Below, one piece after another: positions 27,911 to 37,416 of a DNA stretch of 64,000 bases. A model generated the notes under the pieces. It was not told the DNA's origin and ran no database searches. It saw only the letters and a program-made list of their open reading frames with translations. The stretch is from an uncultured Candidatus Saccharibacteria bacterium (GTDB lineage Bacteria > Patescibacteriota > Dojkabacteria > SC72). Positions within the stretch are counted from its first letter, which is position 1, and every line of letters starts with the position of its first letter. The stretch covers positions 37,427 to 101,426 of the forward strand of contig CAZZPP010000003.1 of assembly GCA_964655705.1 (NCBI GenBank), written 5' to 3'. The position numbers and the translations under genes were made by a program.

Positions 27911-28435
27911 ATGAAAAATATACTCATTGGGATATTAGTAGGAGTAATACTCCTAACCCTTTCCCCTGTATTTAAAAGTAGTGCAGAGGGATTAAGTAAA
28001 CCCTCAGGAACATCACTTAAAGCAACCCTGTACCTGTATGGGCAAAACAATGAATTTGGGAAAATGATATACAACAGAGCAGGTCAGTACTTTGAATATG
28101 TCCTCAATGCTCACAACCTCTTACCAAATACAAAATACAACCTCATATACTACCCTGAAAAACCCATAGGATTAATATGTATTGGAGAAGGAGTAAGTAA
28201 TGATGGAGGACAATTAAACATTAAAGAAGATCAAATACATATTACCTCCATACCCTTCAATTCAGACATTAATGCCCACACTCAAACTACTACATATGAA
28301 GATGGCACCACAGGTGGAAAGATATGGTTACTACCATCTAATCAAGTAAATTGTAATCAGATGATATTCACTACCCAAAATCTTACAAACACTCTGTATG
28401 AAGACACTCTCATATTCTTTTGGAAATGGTACTAA
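27911..28435 (+). CDS. Hypothetical secreted protein
   Basis: N-terminal signal peptide; 174 aa; beta-rich composition. Confidence 0.65.
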   Translation: MKNILIGILVGVILLTLSPVFKSSAEGLSKPSGTSLKATLYLYGQNNEFGKMIYNRAGQYFEYVLNAHNLLPNTKYNLIYYPEKPIGLICIGEGVSNDGGQLNIKEDQIHITSIPFNSDINAHTQTTTYEDGTTGGKIWLLPSNQVNCNQMIFTTQNLTNTLYEDTLIFFWKWY

Positions 28436-28483
28436 ACAATATGAATGTATTTACATCTCTAAATATATCTACTAATATCTACT

Positions 28484-28759
28484 ATGCAAGTAACATACTA
28501 TACAGGAGCAATAATACAATTAGTTCTAGATCTCCTCTTAATACTAGCAATACTAGTAACCCTCTATCTTGTAATATCTTTAATACTTAAGGTAAGGAAG
28601 GGTAAGAAGGTAGACAAGATGAAAAGTATTAAGAGAATAATAATGTATACATTGATAATTGAGGTATTACTACTCTCTGTGAATCTCTTCTTTAAATATG
28701 ACCCCTTTGATATAGTACAGGAAAGTCCTGGAAGAACCTACATATTTGAAAATGAATAA
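28484..28759 (+). CDS. Small two-TM membrane protein
   Basis: Two hydrophobic helices around a basic loop. Confidence 0.6.
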   Translation: MQVTYYTGAIIQLVLDLLLILAILVTLYLVISLILKVRKGKKVDKMKSIKRIIMYTLIIEVLLLSVNLFFKYDPFDIVQESPGRTYIFENE

Positions 28760-28777
28760 CTATCTTAAAACTACCCC

Positions 28778-29653
28778 CTATTTCCCTACTAACCCTAAAA
28801 TATATTTGTATGCAGCAGAAATCTCACTAGATTTACCAGTTAAACCAGGCCTTCTGTTAACCTCCAGCACATAGTTTAACCCTGTATCCTTGTCTGTAAC
28901 AATATCTACACCCGCCCAATTTAATTTTAGAGCCTTAGCTGCTCTAATAGCTAAATCTAAAATATCATTTGAAACATCCTTTACCTTAATAAATTCCTCC
29001 TTTGCACCCAATGACACATTATTTCTAAATCTGTCCTCTACTCTAGTTCTCTTACATACAGAGGATGATTTACCATTAGCTATTACTACTCTAAAATCAA
29101 AATCATTAGGAATATACTCCTGAAAAAGATACCTATTGTACTTCTTGTTCTCTCTAATAGTCTGTTTAATATCCTCTTCTCTATCTATTAAAAAAACATT
29201 TGAACCTAGGGAACCAAACAATGTTTTGTATATACAAGGTAATTTACAAATCTTTTCAATATCTAAGACATTCCCACTATCAATCTTTAACCCATTATGA
29301 AAAAAAGTGTTTGGAACAGGAATACCCTTAGAAGCTAGTGAAAACATATCTGATAGTTTAGTACTCTGTTTAGAAGTCCTGTTATGTGGGATATTTTGAG
29401 ATTTAAGATACAGATGTAAAAGATATGCTAACTGTGTTGTCTTCCATCCAGACTGTATCCATACATGATCATACCTTTTTAAATCCTTTCCTTTAATCTC
29501 AACTTCAATTACTCCATCAATTATGGTAAAGATAATATCTTTGATAGATGCAAAATCTAGTGTGATATTCTTCAATCCTAACTTCTTTTGTATTAAACCC
29601 CTATCTTCAACAGAGATATTTATACCTACTGCCAAAACAGAACTCTTACTCAT
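28778..29653 (-). CDS. RimK-like ATP-grasp ligase
   Basis: GIPVPNT, YKTLFGSLG, FQEYIP, DFRV, FRNNVSLG, AGVDI and LEVNRRPG motifs. Confidence 0.88.
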   Translation of the reverse strand: MSKSSVLAVGINISVEDRGLIQKKLGLKNITLDFASIKDIIFTIIDGVIEVEIKGKDLKRYDHVWIQSGWKTTQLAYLLHLYLKSQNIPHNRTSKQSTKLSDMFSLASKGIPVPNTFFHNGLKIDSGNVLDIEKICKLPCIYKTLFGSLGSNVFLIDREEDIKQTIRENKKYNRYLFQEYIPNDFDFRVVIANGKSSSVCKRTRVEDRFRNNVSLGAKEEFIKVKDVSNDILDLAIRAAKALKLNWAGVDIVTDKDTGLNYVLEVNRRPGLTGKSSEISAAYKYILGLVGK

Positions 29654-29763
29654 TGTATTTCCTTAATATGCAAATATATTGTCATTATACCATTTCCTTC
29701 GAATTAAACACACAGAGGAGTCTCTCAGTTGCATTCTCTACCCATTTTAATCTACAATATGAT

Positions 29764-30090
29764 ATGTTTAATACCATACATACATTTGTATTAGGAAATA
29801 CCTTTTTAAACAGTATCTTTGGTATCTTTTTCTCCCCTGTTGAGAAACAGTTAGACAAATTAAAAGAGACTCTTTCAGAAAGTTCTTACCTAAATATTGA
29901 AGGAATGTTAGACAAAATTGCGGGAATATCTCTAATACTCCTCTCCATATATATTGTTTACTCTCTACTTACATTCCTCTCTTCATTCATCTTTAGAAAA
30001 AGACTTAGAGTAAAGATATTGATATCTACAGTTCTTGCAATACCTTTCCTTCTATTAGCATACGCCATATTTGCATATTTACATACTTAG
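29764..30090 (+). CDS. Hypothetical membrane protein
   Basis: ORF 29653..30090 with a more plausible ATG at 29764; two C-terminal TMs. Confidence 0.55.
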   Translation: MFNTIHTFVLGNTFLNSIFGIFFSPVEKQLDKLKETLSESSYLNIEGMLDKIAGISLILLSIYIVYSLLTFLSSFIFRKRLRVKILISTVLAIPFLLLAYAIFAYLHT

Positions 30091-30098
30091 AAATATAT

Positions 30099-30215
30099 AT
30101 GCCAGAAAGATCAAGAGTATACGAAGAGAAGAAAGAATTAAACTCCTTAATACTAGTAGTCGTAATAATGTGTGCAGCCCTACTCTTCTTTTACTTCCTT
30201 TTAAGTTTGTATTAA
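30099..30215 (+). CDS. Small (38-aa) single-TM protein
   Basis: Manual translation MPERSRVYEEKKELNSLILVVVIMCAALLFFYFLLSLY*; fills the gap before typA. Confidence 0.45.
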   Translation: MPERSRVYEEKKELNSLILVVVIMCAALLFFYFLLSLY

Positions 30216-30266
30216 TACATATTGAATAGGTAAAACTTCCCTTTTGTGATAGAATATCCACTTGTT

Positions 30267-32150
30267 ATGGAATATATCCCCATTAAAAAGGAAAATATTA
30301 GGAATATCGCTATCATAGCCCATGTAGACCATGGGAAAACAACCCTAGTTGATGCTTTCATGAAACAAACCCATCTCTTTAGAGACAATCAGGAAGAGAT
30401 GACTCAAACAAGAATACTAGATAGTGGAGATTTAGAAAAAGAGAAAGGTATTACCATTAAAGCTAAGAATATATCTGTAAGATACAAAGGATACAAAATA
30501 AATATCATAGATACACCAGGACACTCTGATTTTGGAGGAGAGGTAGAAAGAACCCTTAATATGGCAGACTCTTGCTTACTTTTGGTAGACGCTCAAGAAG
30601 GAGTAATGCCACAAACAAAGTTTGTACTTAAAAAAGCCTTAGAGATGAATCTTAAGGCTCTAGTCTTAGTAAACAAAATAGACAAGAAATTAGCTAATGT
30701 AAAAAAGACAGTAGAGAAAGTACAAGACCTTTTCTTGACATTAGCAACCAATACTGACCAATTAGATTTCCCCATATACTATGCAATTGCAAGAGAAGGG
30801 AAAACATGGAAGGAATTACCCACTGGTAATCTAGACAACGCCCAAGGAGATCTCTCTGCACTACTTGATGAAATTATTGAATATAGTCCACCACCTAAAG
30901 GAGATGAGAATGAGCCATTCCAAATGCAGATTACCACATTAGAGTATGATGCCCATTTAGGTAGGTACTTAGTAGGAAAGATTAATAGAGGAAGTATTAA
31001 AAAGAATAACCCTGTAATACTTCTTGAAAAAGAAAAGAAAGTCCAAGGAAGAGTAAGGGAGGTATTTGTTAAGGAAGGATTAGAATGGGTCTCTGTAGAC
31101 AGTGCTAATGCTGGAGAGATAGTAGCAATAGCTGGGATAGAGTCAACAGCCATAGGGGCAACACTATGCGCTCTAGATAGCCCACAGGCTTTGGAGGATA
31201 TACATATTACTCCCCCAGCAGTACAGGTAAAGTTTGAAGCAAATACTTCACCCTTAGCAGGAAAAGAAGGTAAGTATGTTACTGCTAAACAACTAGAACA
31301 AAGATTAGAACAGGAAAAAGATTTAAATATTAGTTTAAAAATATCTAAAATATCTGGTTCCTCATACTCTGTTGCTGGAAGAGGAGAGTTACAATTAGCA
31401 ATACTAGTAGAACAGTTACGAAGAGAAGGATATGAATTCCAACTAGGTAAACCCGAGGTTGTATTAATTGAAAGAGAGGGTAAACCATTTGAGCCAGTTG
31501 AAGAATTAATTATTGATTGCCCTACACAATACCTTAGTACCATTACTGAAGAGGTTAGTAACAGAAAAGGAGAGATGATCAATATTGAATCAGAAGATCT
31601 ACAAACAAGATTTACATACAGAATACTTACTAGGAATTTAATCGGATTACATAGAGTATTGATGAATGCTACTAAGGGTACTGCCATTGTAAATAACTTT
31701 GTCTCAGATTACATCGAATATATACCTCAGGAACCACTCTTTAGAAAGGGTGTAATAATTTCTCAAGATAGTGGTACTACCTTAGGATTTTCTTTAACTA
31801 CAATACAAGACAGAGGCTCTCTCTTTGTAGGACCATCTGAAACAGTATATGAGGGTATGATTATTGGTATAAATAACCATGAACAGGATTTAGTAGTTAA
31901 TCCTTGTAAAGCTAGACACAAGACCAATGTAAGAATGCTTAGAAGTGAACTTACCTTAGTTAATCTAAAACCTACAATACCACTTACCATTGAGTATGCT
32001 CTCTCCTTCATAAATGATGATGAGTTAATTGAGATTACTCCTAAAAATATTAGACTTAGAAAAAAGTTACTTACTGAAACAGAAAGAACTTGGTCAAAAA
32101 GAAAGAACCTTACTGCATTTGCAAAACAACAATTAGGGATAGAGAATTAA
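30267..32150 (+). CDS. typA: Translational GTPase TypA/BipA
   Basis: IRNIAIIAHVDHGKTT, DTPGHSDFGGEVER, GRGELQL and EITPKNIRLRK motifs. Confidence 0.96.
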   Translation: MEYIPIKKENIRNIAIIAHVDHGKTTLVDAFMKQTHLFRDNQEEMTQTRILDSGDLEKEKGITIKAKNISVRYKGYKINIIDTPGHSDFGGEVERTLNMADSCLLLVDAQEGVMPQTKFVLKKALEMNLKALVLVNKIDKKLANVKKTVEKVQDLFLTLATNTDQLDFPIYYAIAREGKTWKELPTGNLDNAQGDLSALLDEIIEYSPPPKGDENEPFQMQITTLEYDAHLGRYLVGKINRGSIKKNNPVILLEKEKKVQGRVREVFVKEGLEWVSVDSANAGEIVAIAGIESTAIGATLCALDSPQALEDIHITPPAVQVKFEANTSPLAGKEGKYVTAKQLEQRLEQEKDLNISLKISKISGSSYSVAGRGELQLAILVEQLRREGYEFQLGKPEVVLIEREGKPFEPVEELIIDCPTQYLSTITEEVSNRKGEMINIESEDLQTRFTYRILTRNLIGLHRVLMNATKGTAIVNNFVSDYIEYIPQEPLFRKGVIISQDSGTTLGFSLTTIQDRGSLFVGPSETVYEGMIIGINNHEQDLVVNPCKARHKTNVRMLRSELTLVNLKPTIPLTIEYALSFINDDELIEITPKNIRLRKKLLTETERTWSKRKNLTAFAKQQLGIEN

Positions 32151-32866
32151 CACAAACTATTTCTAATTAGATCTAGAACACCCTCTAAGTCCTTTATATA
32201 CAATATCCCCGCACCACTTAAATCAAGATTCTCACACCCAAATATCTCAATTCTTTGTTTTTTTTGGTACACCCTCTTTAATTTCTCTAGTATAGAGTAG
32301 TTTGATGTAAAAATATTTTTAAAATACTCATTACAATTGTAAGTCCCCTTTCTTAATAATGATTCTGCGTAACTCCTTCTAAACCCCTTACCAGGCTCAT
32401 TCCAAGGAAGAAAAATTGTAGGAAATGTCCCACCTCTAATCTTTCCTGTAATACCCTCTATGGATGTATTAACAGAAACATCAAAGAATCTAGTCTCACG
32501 TCCCTTAGAGACTTTGAAGTCAGCACCAAGGACATCCTCTTGCCCTAAAGTTGGGCAACAATTAACCTCACGTCTCCTACATGCATCTAGAAAGAGTACC
32601 TCAGCAAGAATACCCCTTGGTAAAAGATTAATATCAAAAGGATATTTGGGAACAAAACTTTCAATCTCACATCTGAGTGATTTGTATTCGTTGTAATACC
32701 ACATATCCTTTGTGGTTTCCATTCTAAAGTCTGTTAAAGCAAGAATCTCGCTTTTTAACTCTCTCCAATTCTCTTGCAAAGGACTCTGTTGAGGATTCTC
32801 ATACACATATTTTAATTCTGTACTACTTTCAATCAAGACTTTGTTTTTTTCAAAGTTATTTAACAT
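32147..32866 (-). CDS. Hypothetical protein, possible PD-(D/E)XK-like fold
   Basis: GILAE...EDVLGADF...FFDVS spacing resembles restriction-endonuclease-like motifs. Confidence 0.45.
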   Translation of the reverse strand: MLNNFEKNKVLIESSTELKYVYENPQQSPLQENWRELKSEILALTDFRMETTKDMWYYNEYKSLRCEIESFVPKYPFDINLLPRGILAEVLFLDACRRREVNCCPTLGQEDVLGADFKVSKGRETRFFDVSVNTSIEGITGKIRGGTFPTIFLPWNEPGKGFRRSYAESLLRKGTYNCNEYFKNIFTSNYSILEKLKRVYQKKQRIEIFGCENLDLSGAGILYIKDLEGVLDLIRNSLC

Positions 32867-32933
32867 CCTATTAAATTATTTGAGATATATCAACTAAGAT
32901 GGGTATAATTAATATAATTTTTTAAACAAAAAT

Positions 32934-33317
32934 ATGGCTAAGATTAGAAAAATATACAGGTGTGAAATCTGTGGGAATATTGTAGAGGTACTCCATCAGG
33001 GAGCAGGCTCACTAGTATGCTGTGGCAAAGAGATGGTAGAAATGGAAGAGAAATCTAAAGACCAGGGCTTGGAAAAACATGTACCCCTAATTGAGATTAC
33101 TGATGATATTGCGAAGGTTAAGGTAGGGGATATACCTCACCCAATGGAAGATACTCATTACATTGAATTTGTTCAACTGATTGTAGATGACCTAATATAT
33201 ACAAAATACCTTAAGCCCGGAGATATAACTGTAGTAGAATTTAAATTACCAAAGGAGTATACAAATATATCAGCACTTGAGTACTGTAATATCCATGGAC
33301 TATGGAAGTCAAATTAA
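32934..33317 (+). CDS. dfx: Desulfoferrodoxin (2Fe superoxide reductase)
   Basis: CEICGN...CCG desulforedoxin domain; EKHVP, HPM..HYI and CNIHGLW motifs. Confidence 0.95.
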   Translation: MAKIRKIYRCEICGNIVEVLHQGAGSLVCCGKEMVEMEEKSKDQGLEKHVPLIEITDDIAKVKVGDIPHPMEDTHYIEFVQLIVDDLIYTKYLKPGDITVVEFKLPKEYTNISALEYCNIHGLWKSN

Positions 33318-34298
33318 CTAGGTTACAAATATCTTGAAAAAGAAATACCCAATTGCAGCAAGTAGTGCAACTATTACAACTATCAATACAATTACGACTA
33401 CTGTACCACCTTTTCCATCTTTCTTTTCATCCCCTAATGTATTTACAATCTCAGACTCATTAAATGCTGGCATAGCGGTTTGTTGATCAGGAGCAAACTC
33501 TGGCATAGGCTGAGATAGGTCTACAGGAGAAGATTCAGGTTGAGCAACTGGAGTACTCTCCAAAGGGATATCTACAGGTGTAGTCTCAACAGTAGGTAAT
33601 GGAGCAGGTATAACGGCTTCAGGCTCTGCAACTGATACCTCAGGGGCAGTAGGAACTTCAGACAAGGGTTGTGGCTGAGAGATATCAGATATCTGCTCCC
33701 CTTGTGGCATTAAGGATTCTAGATTAGACGAAGTATCCATTGTAGGTTGAACTGGAGAGGAAGATGTCTCAACGGTAGGAATCGCAGTATCAGTCGGTAA
33801 ACCTTCTGGTAGTGTAGACTCAGTCATTACGGGCGTACCTCCAAATGAAGGCGCCTGAGAATCAACCCCTTCCATAGGGACTGAAGGTGTTTGGACAACA
33901 GGTTGTGCAGAATCAACATTAGCAACATCAATCTGAGACATAGGTGAAGGGGTAAAACCTCCCTGTACAGGAGTACTCTCCATTACTGAAGGTGTATTAG
34001 GTACCTGTTCCATCATATCCGGAACAGACTGGAAGGAGTTATCCCCCTGTGGAGTTTGCACTGTATCAAAATTGGATTGAGTATTATCAATAACTGGAAT
34101 ATCCATAGAAGATGCTTGCTGTTGAGGAAACTCCTCTACCGGAGCATTACTCTGTCTAACTGCGGGCATACCCGACAGATCTTCAACTAAGTTTGGCGTA
34201 TCAGCCACTGGAGTTTGAGAAACAGAATTAAAATCATTAGGTATTGTATTAGTAATAGTATTTGCATTATCTCCAATTGTATTATTCATATTGTCCAC
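33318..34298 (-). CDS. Pro/Ser/Thr/Glu-rich low-complexity protein with C-terminal TM anchor
   Basis: About 290 aa of acidic, disordered-looking sequence followed by VVVIVLIVVIVALLAAIGYFFF. Confidence 0.7.
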   Translation of the reverse strand: MDNMNNTIGDNANTITNTIPNDFNSVSQTPVADTPNLVEDLSGMPAVRQSNAPVEEFPQQQASSMDIPVIDNTQSNFDTVQTPQGDNSFQSVPDMMEQVPNTPSVMESTPVQGGFTPSPMSQIDVANVDSAQPVVQTPSVPMEGVDSQAPSFGGTPVMTESTLPEGLPTDTAIPTVETSSSPVQPTMDTSSNLESLMPQGEQISDISQPQPLSEVPTAPEVSVAEPEAVIPAPLPTVETTPVDIPLESTPVAQPESSPVDLSQPMPEFAPDQQTAMPAFNESEIVNTLGDEKKDGKGGTVVVIVLIVVIVALLAAIGYFFFKIFVT

Positions 34299-34336
34299 AA
34301 TAAAAAAGAAATCAATTTATTTCCTTCTCTAATATA

Positions 34337-36034
34337 TCAGAAATTTCTAGCACTCTTCAACAAATTTAAAAGTAAATTACTATCAGCCTCTGGAGCAACT
34401 TTAGGAATTAACTTAGAGTCCATAATTGTAGGTGTAATCTTTACCTGTAGTAGTTTACTCTCTTTAACAAAAAGTGAAAGAATTAAACCCTGTCTTGTAC
34501 CTATCCATTCATCTTGATCAAAATACAAATTACCCAAACCGTAGAAAATGATACCCCCGTTATACACCTCATACGTCTGAGGCTGATGAGCCTGAGTACC
34601 AATTACAATATCTGCACCTAAATCAATAGCCTGTCTAAATACTTTCTTTTGGTCTGGAGATGAAAGTGGTTTGTAACAGATTGGATAGATGACATCTGAT
34701 GAAGGATATGAGTAACACTCCTGGAATTGGAATGTAACGATTGTTAATGCACCATTCTCTTTAGCCTCCTTAATATCACTAGCAAGTTTCTCAACAGAGT
34801 AAGAATTAGCTCCAGCAGTACTCTCACCAGCCAATGCACTAGGACCATACATAGTGTTGTACCAGTTGTAACCTACAAATGCTAATTTACTCCCCTTTAC
34901 TTCCTTGTACAGTATCTTACTAGCATCCTGCCTATTTAGTCCTCCTCCAAAGTAATCCCATCCCAATTCAATATATTTCTCAATCGTACTTTTGTTATTC
35001 TTTGAACCATAATCATTATTATGATTACCTGTTAACTCAACAATATCTACCCCACTTGCCTGCAGAGTTTCTACATATTGAGGTTTAGAACAAAAAACCA
35101 TACCAGTATATCCAGTACAACCATTTACAAAAGAAACCTCATTTGAAATATGGGTAAGATCTGCATCAGCAAGAAAATCCCCAATATCACGTGCAGGATA
35201 TGCATAATCCTTTACAGAATCAATCTTACTAGCTAAGCCTCTAGATATTGCAACAACACCACTCATATTAATCTTTGTAAGGGTATCTGTATCAATACTC
35301 TGGCTAACTCCATACTTAAAGCCCATATTATTACTAATAACGTGGGAAACAAACTCGCTATTCTTCTCTTCCTCCAAACCATACCCAATACTAATACAAC
35401 CCAATGAATCTGTTAAACAGTACTTACCATCTAAAGTTAAAACTTTAAAAGCACTATTTAGATCCTCAATTGGAACAAACCCAACATACTTCTCTTCCTC
35501 CTTTAATGTAGAAAGTAAATCCTCTGACTTAACTATTTCTACCCCCTGCCCTAGTACATCCTTAAGAAATATCTTTGCTAAATCATACTCATCAGAAGAG
35601 ACATATATCTTTTTGCTCTCATTAATCTCCTCTAAGGTAATATCCTCATTAATCCAGTATACATGTCCTACAGGTACATACTGTTTAAAATATATTAAAC
35701 TACTACTTTCACTACTACTTACCACCTTGTAACCACCCCTTTTAACAAATTCAAACCTCTTAATACCCTCTAACTCAATACCCTCGAGTGCAGAGATAAT
35801 GGCACTTTGAACATCTTGACCGATCTCTGAATCAAAAGATATTTTGAATGTGTCATATTTTACAGGTGGAGGTGTATAGAAAAAGAAGTCTGGGATATTT
35901 CTAAGAGGTAGTTTAGTTGATATGGGGATATAGATAAAAAAGGCTAAAAATGGTATAATAATGTATAGAAATAGAGGATGTTTTTTCCTATTTCTCCTTT
36001 GTCTTTTCCCTTGTTTAACTGTCATATTTAACAT
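34337..36034 (-). CDS. CapA/PGA_cap family metallophosphoesterase-like protein
   Basis: VELTGNHNNDYG, GADIVIGTQAHQPQ and FYGLGNLYFDQ motifs. Confidence 0.88.
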   Translation of the reverse strand: MLNMTVKQGKRQRRNRKKHPLFLYIIIPFLAFFIYIPISTKLPLRNIPDFFFYTPPPVKYDTFKISFDSEIGQDVQSAIISALEGIELEGIKRFEFVKRGGYKVVSSSESSSLIYFKQYVPVGHVYWINEDITLEEINESKKIYVSSDEYDLAKIFLKDVLGQGVEIVKSEDLLSTLKEEEKYVGFVPIEDLNSAFKVLTLDGKYCLTDSLGCISIGYGLEEEKNSEFVSHVISNNMGFKYGVSQSIDTDTLTKINMSGVVAISRGLASKIDSVKDYAYPARDIGDFLADADLTHISNEVSFVNGCTGYTGMVFCSKPQYVETLQASGVDIVELTGNHNNDYGSKNNKSTIEKYIELGWDYFGGGLNRQDASKILYKEVKGSKLAFVGYNWYNTMYGPSALAGESTAGANSYSVEKLASDIKEAKENGALTIVTFQFQECYSYPSSDVIYPICYKPLSSPDQKKVFRQAIDLGADIVIGTQAHQPQTYEVYNGGIIFYGLGNLYFDQDEWIGTRQGLILSLFVKESKLLQVKITPTIMDSKLIPKVAPEADSNLLLNLLKSARNF

Positions 36035-36107
36035 ATTTAAGAATATATCGTATTAAAAGAAATATTTCATTATTTTAAACTATAGGGCAGACAAGAAAGA
36101 TATAACT

Positions 36108-36701
36108 ATGAAAACATATAACAGAAAAAATGTATTTCTCGTAATGGTAGGAGTCCTTACCATAGGGGTAATACTAAACATCTTTAACAAGGTATCTACT
36201 CATACAGTTGTAGGTATTGATCAAGAAACTTTCCAGAAAGAATATTCTAAGGATTTAGAATATATGGAGTCAACACCTACTCAGCAAACTATTCTAGATA
36301 CAGGTGCATCAATATCACCAGAGAGTATTAAAAACTCTCAAAGGGTAGAGAATATTAGGAAGTTCTTTGAAAAAAGAAACTCACCTTTAGCACAATATGC
36401 TCAGGAGTTTGTACTTGCTGCAGACTACTACAATATTGACTATAGATTAGTTGCTGCTATCTCAGTAGTAGAATCGAGTGGTGGATTAATAAACTTTAGA
36501 CCTTACAATGCATGGGGTTGGGGTAGTTACGGATTTGATAACTGGAAGGATGGTATTTGGAGTGTTACAAAGGGTTTAGCTCAAGGATATATTGCTAAGG
36601 GTTTAGATACCCCATATGAGATTGGTCGAATATACTGTCCTCCATCATCTTCAAGTTGGGCTAACAAGGTGTCATACCTAATGAAACAGATTGAACAGTA
36701 A
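36108..36701 (+). CDS. Membrane-anchored lysozyme/glucosaminidase-like protein
   Basis: SPLAQYA...IDYRLVAAISVVESSGG...NAWGWG...YCPP...WANKV pattern. Confidence 0.7.
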   Translation: MKTYNRKNVFLVMVGVLTIGVILNIFNKVSTHTVVGIDQETFQKEYSKDLEYMESTPTQQTILDTGASISPESIKNSQRVENIRKFFEKRNSPLAQYAQEFVLAADYYNIDYRLVAAISVVESSGGLINFRPYNAWGWGSYGFDNWKDGIWSVTKGLAQGYIAKGLDTPYEIGRIYCPPSSSSWANKVSYLMKQIEQ

Positions 36702-36717
36702 GGTATACTTAATACCG

Positions 36718-37416
36718 ATGGAATCAACAAAGCTAGGTAAATACAAAATACTGTATACCAATAGAAGAGAGTATCATACTTTGAAGAAAGAAATCTGGGG
36801 AGAGAATATCTACTCATTTAAAAGTGAGAAAGACTCTCCCCTTGTTATTGATATTGGTGGACATATTGGGACTTCTGTATTGTATTTTAAATCTCTCTAC
36901 CCTAACTGTAAGATAGTCGTCTTTGAACCTAATCCCCTGTCTTTTGAAGTATTAATTGAGAATATCCAGATTAATGGTTTAAAGGGCGTTAAACCAATTA
37001 ATATGGCAATATCCTCACAAAATGGTATTTCCAATTTCTACATTGAAAAGACCAATCAGGGATGGTACTCTAACTCTAGTTTTCTGGGAAATAGTTGGGA
37101 TGGAAAACAAAGAACAGAATTAATAGAGGTGGAGTGTACTAGATTGGATAACTACATTGATGAATCTGATACGATTGATATGTTAAAGATTGATACAGAG
37201 GGAAGTGAATTCAAAATTTTGAATTCACATATTGATATACTTAAAAAGGTAGAGAATATCTCAGTTGAATATCATCCCATTAAAGGTAGTAAGATAGAGA
37301 AACTCCTCTCAATACTACAACCATATTTCATACTTGAAATATATCATGAAGGGAAATTACTCAAAAAACCTTTAATTGGGAAACTCTTAACGATAAAGGG
37401 AAAGAAAAGAGAATAG
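36718..37416 (+). CDS. FkbM family methyltransferase
   Basis: IDIGGHIG, FEPNP, LKIDTEGSE and VEYH motifs. Confidence 0.9.
   Translation: MESTKLGKYKILYTNRREYHTLKKEIWGENIYSFKSEKDSPLVIDIGGHIGTSVLYFKSLYPNCKIVVFEPNPLSFEVLIENIQINGLKGVKPINMAISSQNGISNFYIEKTNQGWYSNSSFLGNSWDGKQRTELIEVECTRLDNYIDESDTIDMLKIDTEGSEFKILNSHIDILKKVENISVEYHPIKGSKIEKLLSILQPYFILEIYHEGKLLKKPLIGKLLTIKGKKRE

Noticed and set aside
28484-30215. Graspetide (ATP-grasp RiPP) cluster around the RimK-like gene
   Set aside because: Neighbouring small ORFs are hydrophobic membrane proteins with no Ser/Thr/Lys-Asp/Glu core repeats or leader motif.
30779-31687. 302-aa antisense ORF within typA, and similar antisense ORFs in ftsZ, ftsA, ftsE and others
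   Set aside because: Shadow frames of conserved genes with Ser/Ile/Phe-rich, motif-free translations.
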